Assembly (NCBI RefSeq): GCF_001194135.2
Contig: NC_068993.1
Location: forward strand, 50,207,866 to 50,271,865
From: Octopus bimaculoides
Taxonomy: Eukaryota
Direction of reading: 5' to 3'
DNA length: 64,000 nucleotides
Every line of letters starts with the position of its first letter. Within the stretch, counting starts at the first letter, position 1. Positions 52,108 to 63,970 of this stretch are shown one piece after another. The position numbers and the translations under genes were made by a program. Below the pieces are notes generated by a model. It did not search any database. It saw only the letters and a program-made list of their open reading frames with translations, and was not told the origin of the DNA.

Positions 52108-53926
52108 CTTTCCATGGTAAAGGAATTTGGAGCCTTGATTACAAGGGGTCAGCCTGCCTCTTCAATCTCTTCTATCTCTGGTTACTTTACAGTAGACATA
52201 GAATGGTAGCAGTAGTAAAGTAGTAGTAGCTGTTCTGATGGTTCTACTTGTGTTGGTGAAGTGATGGCTGTGGTCATAGCAGTTTTAGCAGTTGCAGTGG
52301 TGGTGGCCAGAATAGCAATGGTCTAGTAAACATGATCTAGATGAGGCTTCATCATTTTCCAACTGTCTGCATCAGAGAATATTTTGGGTGTAACAATATT
52401 GCCAGCAAAACCCTTCCAAATTTCCAGTACATTTCTGCTTTTCACCCTTGCTTCCAGCTCTTCCCACCAGCATAGGAAGACAAAGAGAGCCAGCCAGACA
52501 GACAGACAGACTTACACTCAGGTCTCTCCTACACATGCCTTTCTTTCTCTTCTGACAGTGTTTTAATGACTGCCTCATTAAATTTCCTCATTAGGTGAAG
52601 AGTGGGTCGGTGAAAGTGGAGCATTGCAAGGCCTGGGCACATCATAATTATGAGGACATTGCACTGTTCTACCCCTGCCTACTTACCCCTCCAACCCAGT
52701 CAATACCTTGTTTCCAATGTTTTCATTTGATTTTTTAAAATTTTTTGTTATTTTTCTGAGAGTGACATTGTATAAATCCATCAATCAAGAATGCTGATAC
52801 CAAACTATTTTTGCAATGTGTGTGTGTGTGTGTGTGTGTGCATTCTTGTGAAATGTGTTTCGCTTTGTATTTGTGTGTCTATGAATGCGTGCATTGTATG
52901 TTTGTATATGTGTATGTTTGTCATCTGTATTTTTGTCTTAGGGGAAGTGTGCTGAAGAAACTCTCCTCATGACAACAAAACTTGTTTGCATGGGTGTGTA
53001 TATGTATCAACATACAAAACATGCACACGCATAAACACATATACGCGTGTGTGTGTGAAAAGAGTGAGCCTGTTCGTTGAATATCAAACCACACACTCTT
53101 CAGATTAGCATTCAAGGTTGTAAATCATTACATGAGTGTGTGTATTGAATTGCTTTCAGCTTTCGCTGAATTATAGATTAGTAAACATTGATATACTTAA
53201 TCAAGGTGTAGATGTTTTAGGAAAAGAAACACAACTTATGCTGTATTGAATACTCCTTTTCTGATCAACCGTTTTAGTGCAAGCTGATCTTAAAGTCACA
53301 ATCAATTTTTATGGTGGGCCAAGGCAAAGCTTAACCTAGCTTTGTTACAAATGGCAGTATTTGATGACAAACCATTGTTAGACGTAGCAGGGGCAGGCAC
53401 TTTCAAGCATTTACATACACATACACATACATGCCTACACAAACATACACACATTCATATTTATAAGTCATATATAAATATGTATGTATGTATGTCCATT
53501 TGTACACATATAAACTTTTGTGTAGAAATAAGGGTTACTCTTCTTTACTCCTCCTTACTCTTCTTTACTCTTCCTTACTCTTCTTTATACGTTCACAACC
53601 AACACACATACACACACACAGACACACCCACACACCCACACCCACAGTTTGTTATTGTAGGCTGTTTCAATGATGATATGGTTGGGAAGGGCTGTTCTGC
53701 CTATCATTGTTGTTGTTTGCTTATTTTTCTTCAGTTTTGCTTTTTCTTTATAATATTCTTTCTTCCTTCCAACCACCGTCTCCTTGTCTTGGTTTTTCTG
53801 CATCTGTCTTGTCACAGTCTTGTCACAGCAACAACAACAATGATGACAATGACAATTAGTACAAAAACAACAACAATAATGACAGGGAAAAGAGTATTAT
53901 TATTATTGTTATTATTATTATTATTG

Positions 53927-54145
53927 TGGCAAGCTGGCAGAATCGTTAGCACTCTGGGCAAAATGCTTAGAGATATTTTGTCTGTCGCTATGTTCTGAGT
54001 TCAAATTTTGCTAAGGTCAACTTTGCCTTTCATCCTTTTTGGGGCTGATAATTTAATACCAGTTGAGTACTGGGGGTTAATGTAATCGACTATCCCCCTC
54101 CCCACAATTTCAGGCCTGTTGCCTGTAGTAGAAAGAATTATTATT
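53927..54145 (+). mobile_element. Family A SINE, CpG-depleted, between (ATT)n tracts
   Basis: ggcaagctggcagaatcgttagcactctgggcaaaatgctta...aaggtcaactttgcctttcatcc...tagtagaaagaattattatt. Confidence 0.9.
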
Positions 54146-54155
54146 ATTATTATTG

Positions 54156-54194
<39 letters not shown>

Positions 54195-54596
54195 GTAGTA
54201 GTAGTAGTAATGATATACATAAAAAGAAAGAAAAAGGCAGGTGTGAATTTTCTACAATGTAGTCTGCTGCTTAACTAGAATATGAATTGTGAAGGGGAGG
54301 AGCAGAAAATTAAAATCTACTACTACTACTACTAATCTGGTTGACTACTACTGTGGTTGATTCCACTGTTAAAGATAATAATGGTGATAAGAATTTGTGG
54401 GTGTATGAGTGGTGGTGGTGGTGGTGGTGGTGGTGGTGATGGTGGAGGGTTGTTTCCATATAAGATTTTTAGATAGTGGAATAAATGTGAGTCGGTGACA
54501 TTCATATCTTCTCCTCAGGGAAGCAGTTCTAGCTGAGAATCAATGCCAAAGTCATTGATTAGCAAGGATAAACTCCAAACATTTATGCTACACCAC

Positions 54597-54628
<32 letters not shown>

Positions 54629-55254
54629 GTGGTGGTGGTGGTATTGTGGGATGAAGGTAGTTTGTAAACAGTTCTATTACCAGTATTACCAGGTGTATTA
54701 ATGCATGCGGTGTTGTTACTAGCAGGAATTCATAGTATATTCAAGGATGATAGTGATGAAGATGATGGTGACGGTGATGATTTTGAAGATAAGGTTTCTC
54801 ATTTTAAGTATTCCCTGAAGATTTCTGTATACTTTTGGATCTGATGTATAGTTTGTTTTCGTTACAGAAGAAAGAAAGGCTACTACTACTAAATAGACAT
54901 GGTACAGTTTATATTTATTAAGATACAGCTAATGAATCACTCTGTTGTTGAATTCAGGCTTGATGTTGCCTGAAATACCACATGCAGTGAATCATCACCT
55001 GTTTCCAACAGTTTATAACCTCGGCCTGTAGTATTTAGAGTTTTACAATTGTAAAACACACACATCTGAATGATCAGATTTGCTTTTGCATCAACGAAAC
55101 TCCGAGTAAGAGCTAAGCTATACTCTACTCAGATTCAGTCGATTGTTACTCAGTATGTTTTTATTTTTTTGCATTGCATGTATTTTAACCAAAATTGAAC
55201 TAAATTCAGCAAAGGAGTGATTCATTAGTTGTTTTCTAATTGATGTAAACTGTA

Positions 55255-55385
55255 AGGCGTCGAGGTCGATTTTGCCTTTAATCCTTTCGATCTCGATAAA
55301 TTAAGTACCAGTTGTGTACTGGAGTCAATTTAATCAACTGGCCCCTTCCCCCAAAATTTCAGGCCTTGTGTCTAGAGTAGAAAAG
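55255..55385 (+). mobile_element. Family A SINE, 5'-truncated, with 17-bp TSD
   Basis: gtcgaggtcgattttgcctttaatcctttcg...ggccttgtgtctagagtagaaaag flanked by aattgatgtaaactgta and aattgacataaactgta. Confidence 0.88.
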
Positions 55386-55474
55386 AATTGACATAAACTG
55401 TACTATATGCAGTGAGTACTTTTCCTTTTGTGGTGAGCAAGACTAATCCTTTTTATTGGTGATTGGTGCTTCCT

Positions 55475-55774
55475 CTCTAGTGCTGGTGCTGTAAAAATGC
55501 ACCTAAGACACACTCTAAAGTACTTTGCAAAAGATCAGAGAAAATGCAAGGTTGTAAGATTCCTATAGTCCTGTCTTGCTGAACCGTGTTCAACTTCTCT
55601 GGTTAGTGCTGTGAGAAAATGTACCCAGCATGCTCTGTGAAGTGGTTAGCAATAAGAAGGGCAAGCAGCCAGCCATAGAAATGACATGTACTCCCAATAA
55701 GAATAGGCTTGGTTTGTGACAACCTATGCCAACATAGGAAATGGATGTAAAATGATGATGATGATGATGATGAT
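55475..55774 (+). mobile_element. RTE-type 3' end, degenerate
   Basis: gaagtggttagcaataagaagggcaagcagcc...acctatgccaacataggaaatggatgtaaaatgatgatgatg. Confidence 0.65.
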
Positions 55775-56140
55775 AGCATTTTGTGTCTACTGAAGAGACA
55801 TTACTATATTTGTATTCAGTTTTTTTTATTTTTTAATAATGATTTTTTAAATATTTCCATATTAGTCATTTTGGTAACTTTGTTTACAAACCATCTGTCT
55901 CATCTTCAGCATGAAGTGACAATAGTAACATGTTGATAAATTTACTTTATTATATATATGAAGCAAGGGATCATGGGAATGGTCTTATAACTGCTGAAGA
56001 CAAAAAATAAGAAGTTCTTGAAACAAAAAGGACTTTTTAAAAAAATCATTGAAAGAAATATAAATCTTGATTTGAAAAAAACAAAAATGTCATAGTTCCA
56101 ATGTGTCTGAAAGAAAAGCTCTTCTCTTTATACATACAAA

Positions 56141-56189
<49 letters not shown>

Positions 56190-56747
56190 CACATGCCTAT
56201 ATGTTTATATAACTTTCTATAGTTTATATAATATTTGTGTGTCCCTTTTTTGTTTGAGAATGCAGCCTTTCCTNNNNNNNNNNNNNNNNNNNNNNNNNNN
56301 NNNNNNNNNNNNNNNNNNNNNNNNNNNNNNNNNNNNNNNNNNNNNNNNNNNNNNNNNNNNNNNNNNNNNNNNNNNNNNNNNNNNNNNNNNNNNNNNNNNN
56401 NNNNNNNNNNNNNNNNNNNNNNNNNNNNNNNNNNNNNNNNNNNNNNNNNNNNNNNNNNNNNNNNNNNNNNNNNNNNNNNNNNNNNNNNNNNNNNNNNNNN
56501 NNNNNNNNNNNNNNNNNNNNNNNNNNNNNNNNNNNNNNNNNNNNNNNNNNNNNNNNNNNNNNNNNNNNNNNNNNNNNNNNNNNNNNNNNNNNNNNNNNNN
56601 NNNNNNNNNNNNNNNNNNNNNNNNNNNNNNNNNNNNNNNNNNNNNNNNNNNNNNNNNNNNNNNNNNNNNNNNNNNNNNNNNNNNNNNNNNNNNNNNNNNN
56701 NNNNNNNNNNNNNNNNNNNNNNNNNNNNNNNNNNNNNNNNNNNNNNN

Positions 56748-56791
<44 letters not shown>

Positions 56792-57005
56792 TATTTTTCA
56801 AGCCTCTTTCTCTTCCCCCCTCTTGATATTCATCTCTCTATCTTTTCCTCCCGCTCACCCTCTCAGTCTCACCTACCCTATCACTCTTCTCTTTTCTCTT
56901 TTCCTCCCCCCCCTGTCACCCTAATCACTGGTCTCTGACATATCTTGTGGCATTCTTTTTAAGTACAGGTTGTTTTTGCCTCATTATGCTCTGCACGCAT
57001 TCCAC

Positions 57006-57082
57006 CGTGAGCACAATGAAGGAACTTATTAGCTTCTGTGACTGTTTCTTCATTTTTGATAACGAACATATCTGGAAAATTC
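57006..57082 (-). CDS. Candidate exon NFPDMFVIKNEETVTEANKFLHCAH
   Basis: Strong acceptor ctttctttcattcattccttttccattcaag; donor ACG|GTGGAA is weak, so the 3' boundary is uncertain. Confidence 0.2.
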
Positions 57083-57490
57083 CTTGAATGGAAAAGGAAT
57101 GAATGAAAGAAAGCTCCTAAGCTCACAACAGACAGTTGCCTGCTGCCAACCTTCACCACTACTATCTTAAATATTACCTCCACCACCACCACCGCCGCCA
57201 CTGCTATTGAAGGCTTCTCTACCAAGGCTTACCTTATCCACCACTGTCTGTGCCGCTATCTTAACCACTGCTCTCACCCCCCACCCAATTTCCTTTTTAC
57301 ACTCATTGGCAATCTCTTACTGTTTCTTCCCCTTCTTTCTCCCCTCCCCCTCGCTCTGTCATTTTGCTGTCTATCCATAAATCCATTTATCCCTCTATCC
57401 ATTTATCTATCTATCTATCTATCACTGTTTGTTTGTCTTTATTCTTACTCTCTCTCTCTCTTTCTCTCTCTCTCTTTCTCTCTCTCTCTT

Positions 57491-57537
<47 letters not shown>

Positions 57538-57811
57538 NNNNNNNNNNNNNNNNNNNNNNNNNNNNNNNNNNNNNNNNNNNNNNNNNNNNNNNNNNNNNNN
57601 NNNNNNNNNNNNNNNNNNNNNNNNNNNNNNNNNNNNNNNNNNNNNNNNNNNNNNNNNNNNNNNNNNNNNNNNNNNNNNNNNNNNNNNNNNNNNNNNNNNN
57701 NNNNNNNNNNNNNNNNNNNNNNNNNNNNNNNNNNNNNNNNNNNNNNNNNNNNNNNNNNNNNNNNNNNNNNNNNNNNNNNNNNNNNNNNNNNNNNNNNNNN
57801 NNNNNNNNNNN

Positions 57812-57854
<43 letters not shown>

Positions 57855-57877
57855 GTGTGTTTGTGTGTGCCGCATAC

Positions 57878-57917
<40 letters not shown>

Positions 57918-58126
57918 ATTGTGTTCCAGATCTAATTTTCTTTTCAGTTTCTTTAAGTCTTCCTTGTAAAATATACTTCATTTTTACTTCTTTTCATTTT
58001 CGTTTTCTTCTTTTCTTTTTTTTTTCTCCCTATCAAAATCTAAGAGTTATTTTCTGCTTGGTTAAAAGTTCATATTCTCTAAGAATACAAGACAAAAACG
58101 AAACAGCCACAATAACAAATGTTAGA

Positions 58127-58161
<35 letters not shown>

Positions 58162-58345
58162 CAACAACATTTATAATATCTAATGATGATAATAATAACA
58201 ATAGGAAAACAACACAATGACAATTATATCAATAAATAATGACCATGATGATGATGATGATATCAACTGAAAATGCTTTTAATATATAAAAAAAAAAGAG
58301 AGAGAGAGAGAAAATTCTTGTTTCCCAGCAGACAAGTGTACTTAC

Positions 58346-58371
58346 TTATAAAGGTTTTGTTTTTGTAAAGC
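58346..58371 (-). CDS. Candidate 26-nt exon (ALQKQNLY)
   Basis: Acceptor ctattacagtttcag, donor TAA|GTAAGT. Confidence 0.17.
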
Positions 58372-58954
58372 CTGAAACTGTAATAGACAGTCACTAAAAC
58401 AAGTATTTTCAACACAAAAAATGTGTGTAAAAATCTAAGAATAAAGCTGAAAACAGAAGCAAAAATTAACCCATTGACTAGCATCTTTATTTATTTTGAA
58501 ATGTCTTCCTGGGTACTGGCAGCAATGTAACTTCTATTGTCTTGAAGAATGAGACACAGCTCTTTATCCTAATGAATAGGAAGAAATACTTTTTGTTTTG
58601 TTAGTATATAGCCTAAACAACTTACTGTTAATTTTCTTGGAATTTATGAAATAATTCTTGTCATAGATAATGATGATGATGATGATGGTCGACATCATCA
58701 CTGTCGTCATCATTATTTGTCATTTGTTCTCACATATTGGCATAGGTTTGATAGATCTGCAATTTACAGTAAACACATTTCATAACCTGATGAATTGTTT
58801 CTGGATCAAGAAATAGATAACAAAGGAATTTGCATCAATAAAGAAACCTTCTACTGCTTAAAAGGCAACAGCCAAATCTCCCTCAAATCATGCCTAACCC
58901 TAAAAAACAATGATGATTCATTAGGTAATATAGTTCTGTGTAGACTTTGGTGGT

Positions 58955-59326
58955 GGAGGCGCAATGGCCCAGTGGTTAGGGCAGCGGACTCGCAGTCATA
59001 GGATCGCGGTTTCGGTCCGCAGACCGGGCATTGTGAGTGTTTATTGAGCGAAAACACCTAAAGCTTCACGAGGCTCCGGCAGGGGATGGTGGCGAACGCT
59101 GCTGTACTCTCTCACCACAACTTTCTCTCACTCTTAGTTCCTGTTTCTGTTGTACCTGTAATTCAAAGGGCCAGCCTTGTCACACTCTGTGTCACGCTGA
59201 ATATCCCTGAGAACTACGTTAAGGGTACATGTGTCTGTGGAGTGCTCAGCCACTTGCACGTTAATTTCACGAGCAGGCTGTTCCGTTGATCAGATCAACT
59301 AGAACCCGCGACGGAGTGCCAACAAC
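58955..59326 (+). mobile_element. Family C tRNA-derived SINE, full length
   Basis: A-box TGGCCCAGTGG, degenerate B-box ggtttcggtcc, (CAA)n tail, imperfect TSD agactttggtgg / agactttgttga. Confidence 0.9.
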
Positions 59327-60821
59327 AGACTTTGTTGAGAAAAACAATGGGATGGTTCTCACCGGGTTGCCTTGGATTATAGGTTTCCTTAACCATGTCT
59401 GACCTGGGATATTTTATATCCCTTTTTATATTGCTTGTACCTAGTTTAGAGAGTTCCTGATTTTCTTTTAATAGCTGTAGTAATCTCCACACAACAATTG
59501 GTAGATACTAACAAGCCAATGCTATTTCTAAGTTTGTTCACTTCATTCGATTATTTTCATTTTAACTGTTGGGTAAAAATAAAAATGCATATAAGTTAGA
59601 AAATCTCTCTATTCTTCTGCCCTGAAAAGATAGCACTTTTTCTTCCCAGACAAAATATACCAATATTTCTAAGTAGATCAGATTAGACATAAATTACCTA
59701 AAATAAATGAAATGATTTTGCAGTAACAATACATCTTGAGGAATCTCATCTCAGAATTCCAAACCTACAATTGCCACAAATAGCACGCATGCACATGCAC
59801 ACTCACACATACACACACACACACACACGTGTACGTATGTGTTAAATGTATACTTTTGAAGATATTTTCTGAGATAATGGTTAATTTCCAGTTGTTAACC
59901 ATTATTGTTCTAGCTCCGTGAGCAAAAACCGAATTATAATGTGCTCGTCGTCACAATCGACATTTTAATGGCACTAAAATAGCTGATAGTCAAAATTACT
60001 TTGTTCATTGAAATTTGGAAATATAATTGGTCATGTTTTTAGGACTTTTAAATTAAATAATGCTCAGGAGTAGCTTTTAATCACAGTTTTCTCTCTTTTT
60101 CTCTATCTTGTTTAACTTTCCTCATTAATAAATACAGCAATGTTTTGTTACACATTAACTCTAGCTCTTGTTCTTTGTTTTGAAAACTGTGATGAAGAAT
60201 AATGATGATGGTAATAATAATGGTAATAATGATGATGACGATGATGATGATTACTATTATTATTATTTGTTAAATAATAATAATAATAATAATGATTTGT
60301 TTAATGATTAAGCAATAAAGCATGCAAATTTGTCTGGTATGAGAATACAGCCCAGTAATTACTTTTGGATATAAACCAAAGGCTGTTAGATAGCTTGTGT
60401 GTGTGTGTGTGTGTGTACAGTGTTATAAGGGTTGGTTTTTTTGTAGTCCCCATTGGGTCATTGATCCACACACCTCTGAACACCCTAGTTGTGATGGAGT
60501 GATATAAAGGAAGAGTTCGCAGCAGTAATTTCCTGTTACCTTTGCACAGAAGTGCAAATCAAGTGTAACAGTTATCAGTTTTTTACAGTGCTCCTACTGC
60601 TTACCACATGAACTACATTAAACTATCATATCTACATAAAACTATGAGAACTCCCCCTCTCTCTTTGATTTTATAGTGATAGAATTGTGTTTAATGGTAC
60701 AGCTTTCTTGTATGCATTCCACTCTGGAAATACTTTCACATGCTACCACCAAGGAACTATTATAGCATCAGAGGTGAGCTTTTTACTTGAGCCGAAAAGA
60801 CAAGATGTTAAACCTTCCAAA

Positions 60822-61153
60822 GGTGCTTGGCTCAGAGGTTAGAGTGTCGAACTCACAATCAAGGGGTTGTGAGTTTGATTCCCAGACTGGACTGTGTGTT
60901 GTGTTCTTGAGCAAGACACTTTATTTCACGTTGCTCCAGTTCACTCAGCTGTAGAAATGAGTTGTGACGTCACTGGTGCCAAGCTGTATCAGCCTTTGCC
61001 TTTCCCTTTGACAACATCGGTGGCGTGGAGAAAGACTCGTATGCATGAGTGACTGTTGGTCTTCCACAAACAACCTTGTCAGGACTTGTGCCTCAAAGGG
61101 GAATTTTCTAGGTGCAATCCCATGGTTATTCATGACCAAAAGGGAATCTTTAC
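60822..61153 (+). mobile_element. tRNA-derived CORE-type SINE
   Basis: A-box tggctcagagg, B-box gagtttgattccc, then gtgttcttgagcaagacactttatttcacgttgctccagttcactcagctgtagaaatgag, resembling the MIR/CORE domain. A CORE-SINE (OR2) is described in Octopus, but I cannot assign the family name. Confidence 0.8.
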
Positions 61154-61659
61154 ATCAGATATATAGGACTTGAATAATACTTTCTGTACTTTTATCAGAA
61201 TTGAGCAGTTAAAGCCCTCTTAGAAATACCCCTGGTATCGTCTTCAATTACTGACAATGTTGATATTTATTTACCAGCTTATGTTGTTTTTTTCCTTTCC
61301 TGTGGGAAATTATTGTCATGCTAATGTGTTGGTGGTTACAGTGTTTGTAATAATGGGGTAGGTTGGGTGGATAGCAGAATGGATGGATTTACATGTCTAC
61401 CTGGCTCTTCTTTATACTAAGAACAAGTAATATCTTTGATGTAGGAGTTAAAGTAGGTATTCTGTTACCCACTTCTTTCAAAGTAAGTAGTCTTAGAAAC
61501 CTGTTCATAGTTGCTTTGTATGTATTCCATTGTGTGTACACGGTATGTAGAATGCTGTATGTGTATTTAATACAAGTTCCTTTTAATTCTCTTTACTTAC
61601 TTACATATCTTCCGAATATAAATCTGTGTGTGTGTACGCATACTCATACGTATATATAT

Positions 61660-61691
<32 letters not shown>

Positions 61692-63257
61692 TACATAGGA
61701 TTAAACAAAACAAATCTACTCCATCATTAACAGAAGATATGTCAAAATAATGACTTGCTTTTATAACTTTCCTTTGATGTGTCTTTTTTTATTTGTTTTT
61801 CTTTTGGTTTTGTTTAATATACATTTACTTTTTCCGCTTACTTATATATATATCTAGATTTTAAATAGATAATCGCAATTTTGGAAATATAGCTTCTGTA
61901 GTACTTATATTTTCTTCTTGTTCCTGTTCAAAATCGGATCTTAGCTAAAAATATTCCCTTAGATCTGGATTAATCCGAGATCTATCTGATCCAAGATCAA
62001 CTGATCTATATATCATTCTGAAAATTGGGCGACTTCTTCTCTTGAGCTTTTGCAGCACTTCAAAGAGAAGTGACTCAATGTATTTGTCTTATTCCACATT
62101 ATCAATGCCGCTGTGTAATTAACAGATCTTATCATTACTGATTTCACTGCTGAATGTGTCTCATGTCTCTCATCTCCAGGAGAAGAGAGGAGGAGAAAGA
62201 GGGCAGTGGAGGAGGAGGTGGCGGAAATGAAGATTAGCTGTAGATAAACAACACACGCTGGTATGTTTAGCAAGGCTGTGTGGTTGACATGTTTCGCAAC
62301 ATAATTTTGTCAATTGCTTTTGAAAGAAGTGTATATAGTACATAATTTGTAGATAGGATAAGTAACTAGCTCAAGCTTAATGAAGTTTGGACTTCATTAA
62401 ATAATTGTGATAAAGATGTGTATGCGTGATTTCTGCATGTGTCAACAATGTTGTGTATGTGTGTGCAATATATACATATATGATATGCATGTTTATGTGT
62501 ACGCATAATGCTTGAGTATCTTCTTTCACATGTCAGTGAGTGTGTGTGTGTGTGTGTGTGTGTCTACCTTTCTCTTTGCTCTCTGTCTCTCCCNNNNNNN
62601 NNNNNNNNNNNNNNNNNNNNNNNNNNNNNNNNNNNNNNNNNNNNNNNNNNNNNNNNNNNNNNNNNNNNNNNNNNNNNNNNNNNNNNNNNNNNNNNNNNNN
62701 NNNNNNNNNNNNNNNNNNNNNNNNNNNNNNNNNNNNNNNNNNNNNNNNNNNNNNNNNNNNNNNNNNNNNNNNNNNNNNNNNNNNNNNNNNNNNNNNNNNN
62801 NNNNNNNNNNNNNNNNNNNNNNNNNNNNNNNNNNNNNNNNNNNNNNNNNNNNNNNNNNNNNNNNNNNNNNNNNNNNNNNNNNNNNNNNNNNNNNNNNNNN
62901 NNNNNNNNNNNNNNNNNNNNNNNNNNNNNNNNNNNNNNNNNNNNNNNNNNNNNNNNNCGTATGTATCTGACTACCTGTAGCTGATTTTTTAAAATTAGGA
63001 ATATGCAAGTTTTTGTGTGATAGTTATGCATTTCCATGTGCATCAAGTGATAGAATTGCCATGGCAATTAGAATCTGTGTTACAGACTTTTTAGGAGCTT
63101 GCTCCTGCATGAGACTACTTGGGGGGGGGGGGTCTGTGTGTGTGCATGCGCGTGCACACACACACACACACACGTGCAGATTTCAACCTTGTTCACCTTG
63201 TACGTGCTTTCTTTTTTAATTGAAGAATTCAGAAATGAGCCTTACTGATGTTGATGG

Positions 63258-63450
63258 CGAGGGATCTTCTGCATAGTCATTGAATCTGCTAAAAATAACT
63301 ACCAGATCTCCCTCAGATTTATCCCTACCATCTTAAATAATGAAAAGATATATTAGATAATGTAATCGCTTACATATCAGTAAGCAATATCACAGCTGGA
63401 ACACTTTGATCGTAAGTTTGCTTGATCAAGGTTCATCTGATACTGCTACT
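63258..63450 (+). mobile_element. Family D repeat
   Basis: ctgctaaaaataactaccagatctccctcagattt...tagataatgtaatc...gctggaacactttgatcgtaagtttgcttgatcaagg. Confidence 0.6.
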
Positions 63451-63899
63451 CTGAAAAAAAAAAAAGGGATACAGCCATCGCAATATGAAATGGTTAAGGA
63501 TGTTGTAAGTATTTAAAATTCTATAAAAATATCTGAATCTAAAATCAAATACATTAAATTATATCTACACTTGAAGGGATCAACTCCTTTTCATGTTTCT
63601 AGCATATAAATAGCAAACCAAAGGTCAGTCTTATCATCTTGTAATCATTATGTTTTTATGAAACAATCACATTTCGAGATCTTCATTTTGGTGTTTCGAA
63701 AGCATCTTGGCTAAGTTCAGTGAAGAACAAGCAAAACATTGCTTTCAAACAATATTTAAAGTTTTAGTGACAGTTAATTCATTGTGTCTGGTTATTTTGT
63801 TTAATTTATTCATATGAAAGCCTCATTTGGATAAAGAGATGGGTGTGTCTCCAGTGACATGTCAATGTTTAAATATTTCACTTAGAGAAATATTGTTGA

Positions 63900-63968
63900 T
63901 GTGGTTTAAGCCGGAGGTCAACCTTTATTGATTACCCTCTGTGATCAAAGGCATTTAAGCCCTAACCA

Positions 63969-63970
<2 letters not shown>
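63900..63970 (-). mobile_element. Family D 3' fragment
   Basis: gtttaagccggaggtcaacc...tgatcaaaggcatttaagccctaaccatc. Confidence 0.45.

Larger units (their letters stand above)
2807..62957. other. 20 assembly gaps (about 6.7 kb of N in total) scattered through this span
   Basis: N-runs start at 2807, 4356, 6751, 11131, 14381, 16574, 19083, 22088, 28973, 33210, 34918, 35984, 39011, 42722, 47475, 49053, 51808, 56274, 57538 and 62594; most abut (TA)n, (CA)n or (CT)n tracts. Confidence 0.97.

Noticed and set aside
52575-52680. Minus-strand peptide QCPHNYDVPRP (docking-protein-like YDVP motif)
   Set aside because: Closed by stops on both sides within about 35 codons and lacks a credible acceptor.
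58955-59030. tRNA-like sequences (also 60822-60900)
   Set aside because: SINE heads with degenerate B-boxes, no acceptor-stem closure, continuing into SINE bodies.
2690-63067. Long ORFs in the supplied track made of X, YI, HT, CV, LS or RE runs
   Set aside because: They span N-gaps or translate dinucleotide microsatellites; no coding information.
63246-63450. Apparent minus-strand exons DGRDKSEGDLVVIFSRF... and SSSIR*TLIKQTY... (selenocysteine idea)
   Set aside because: Both fall largely inside a family D repeat, the implied intron is only 42 nt, and the phases do not join.
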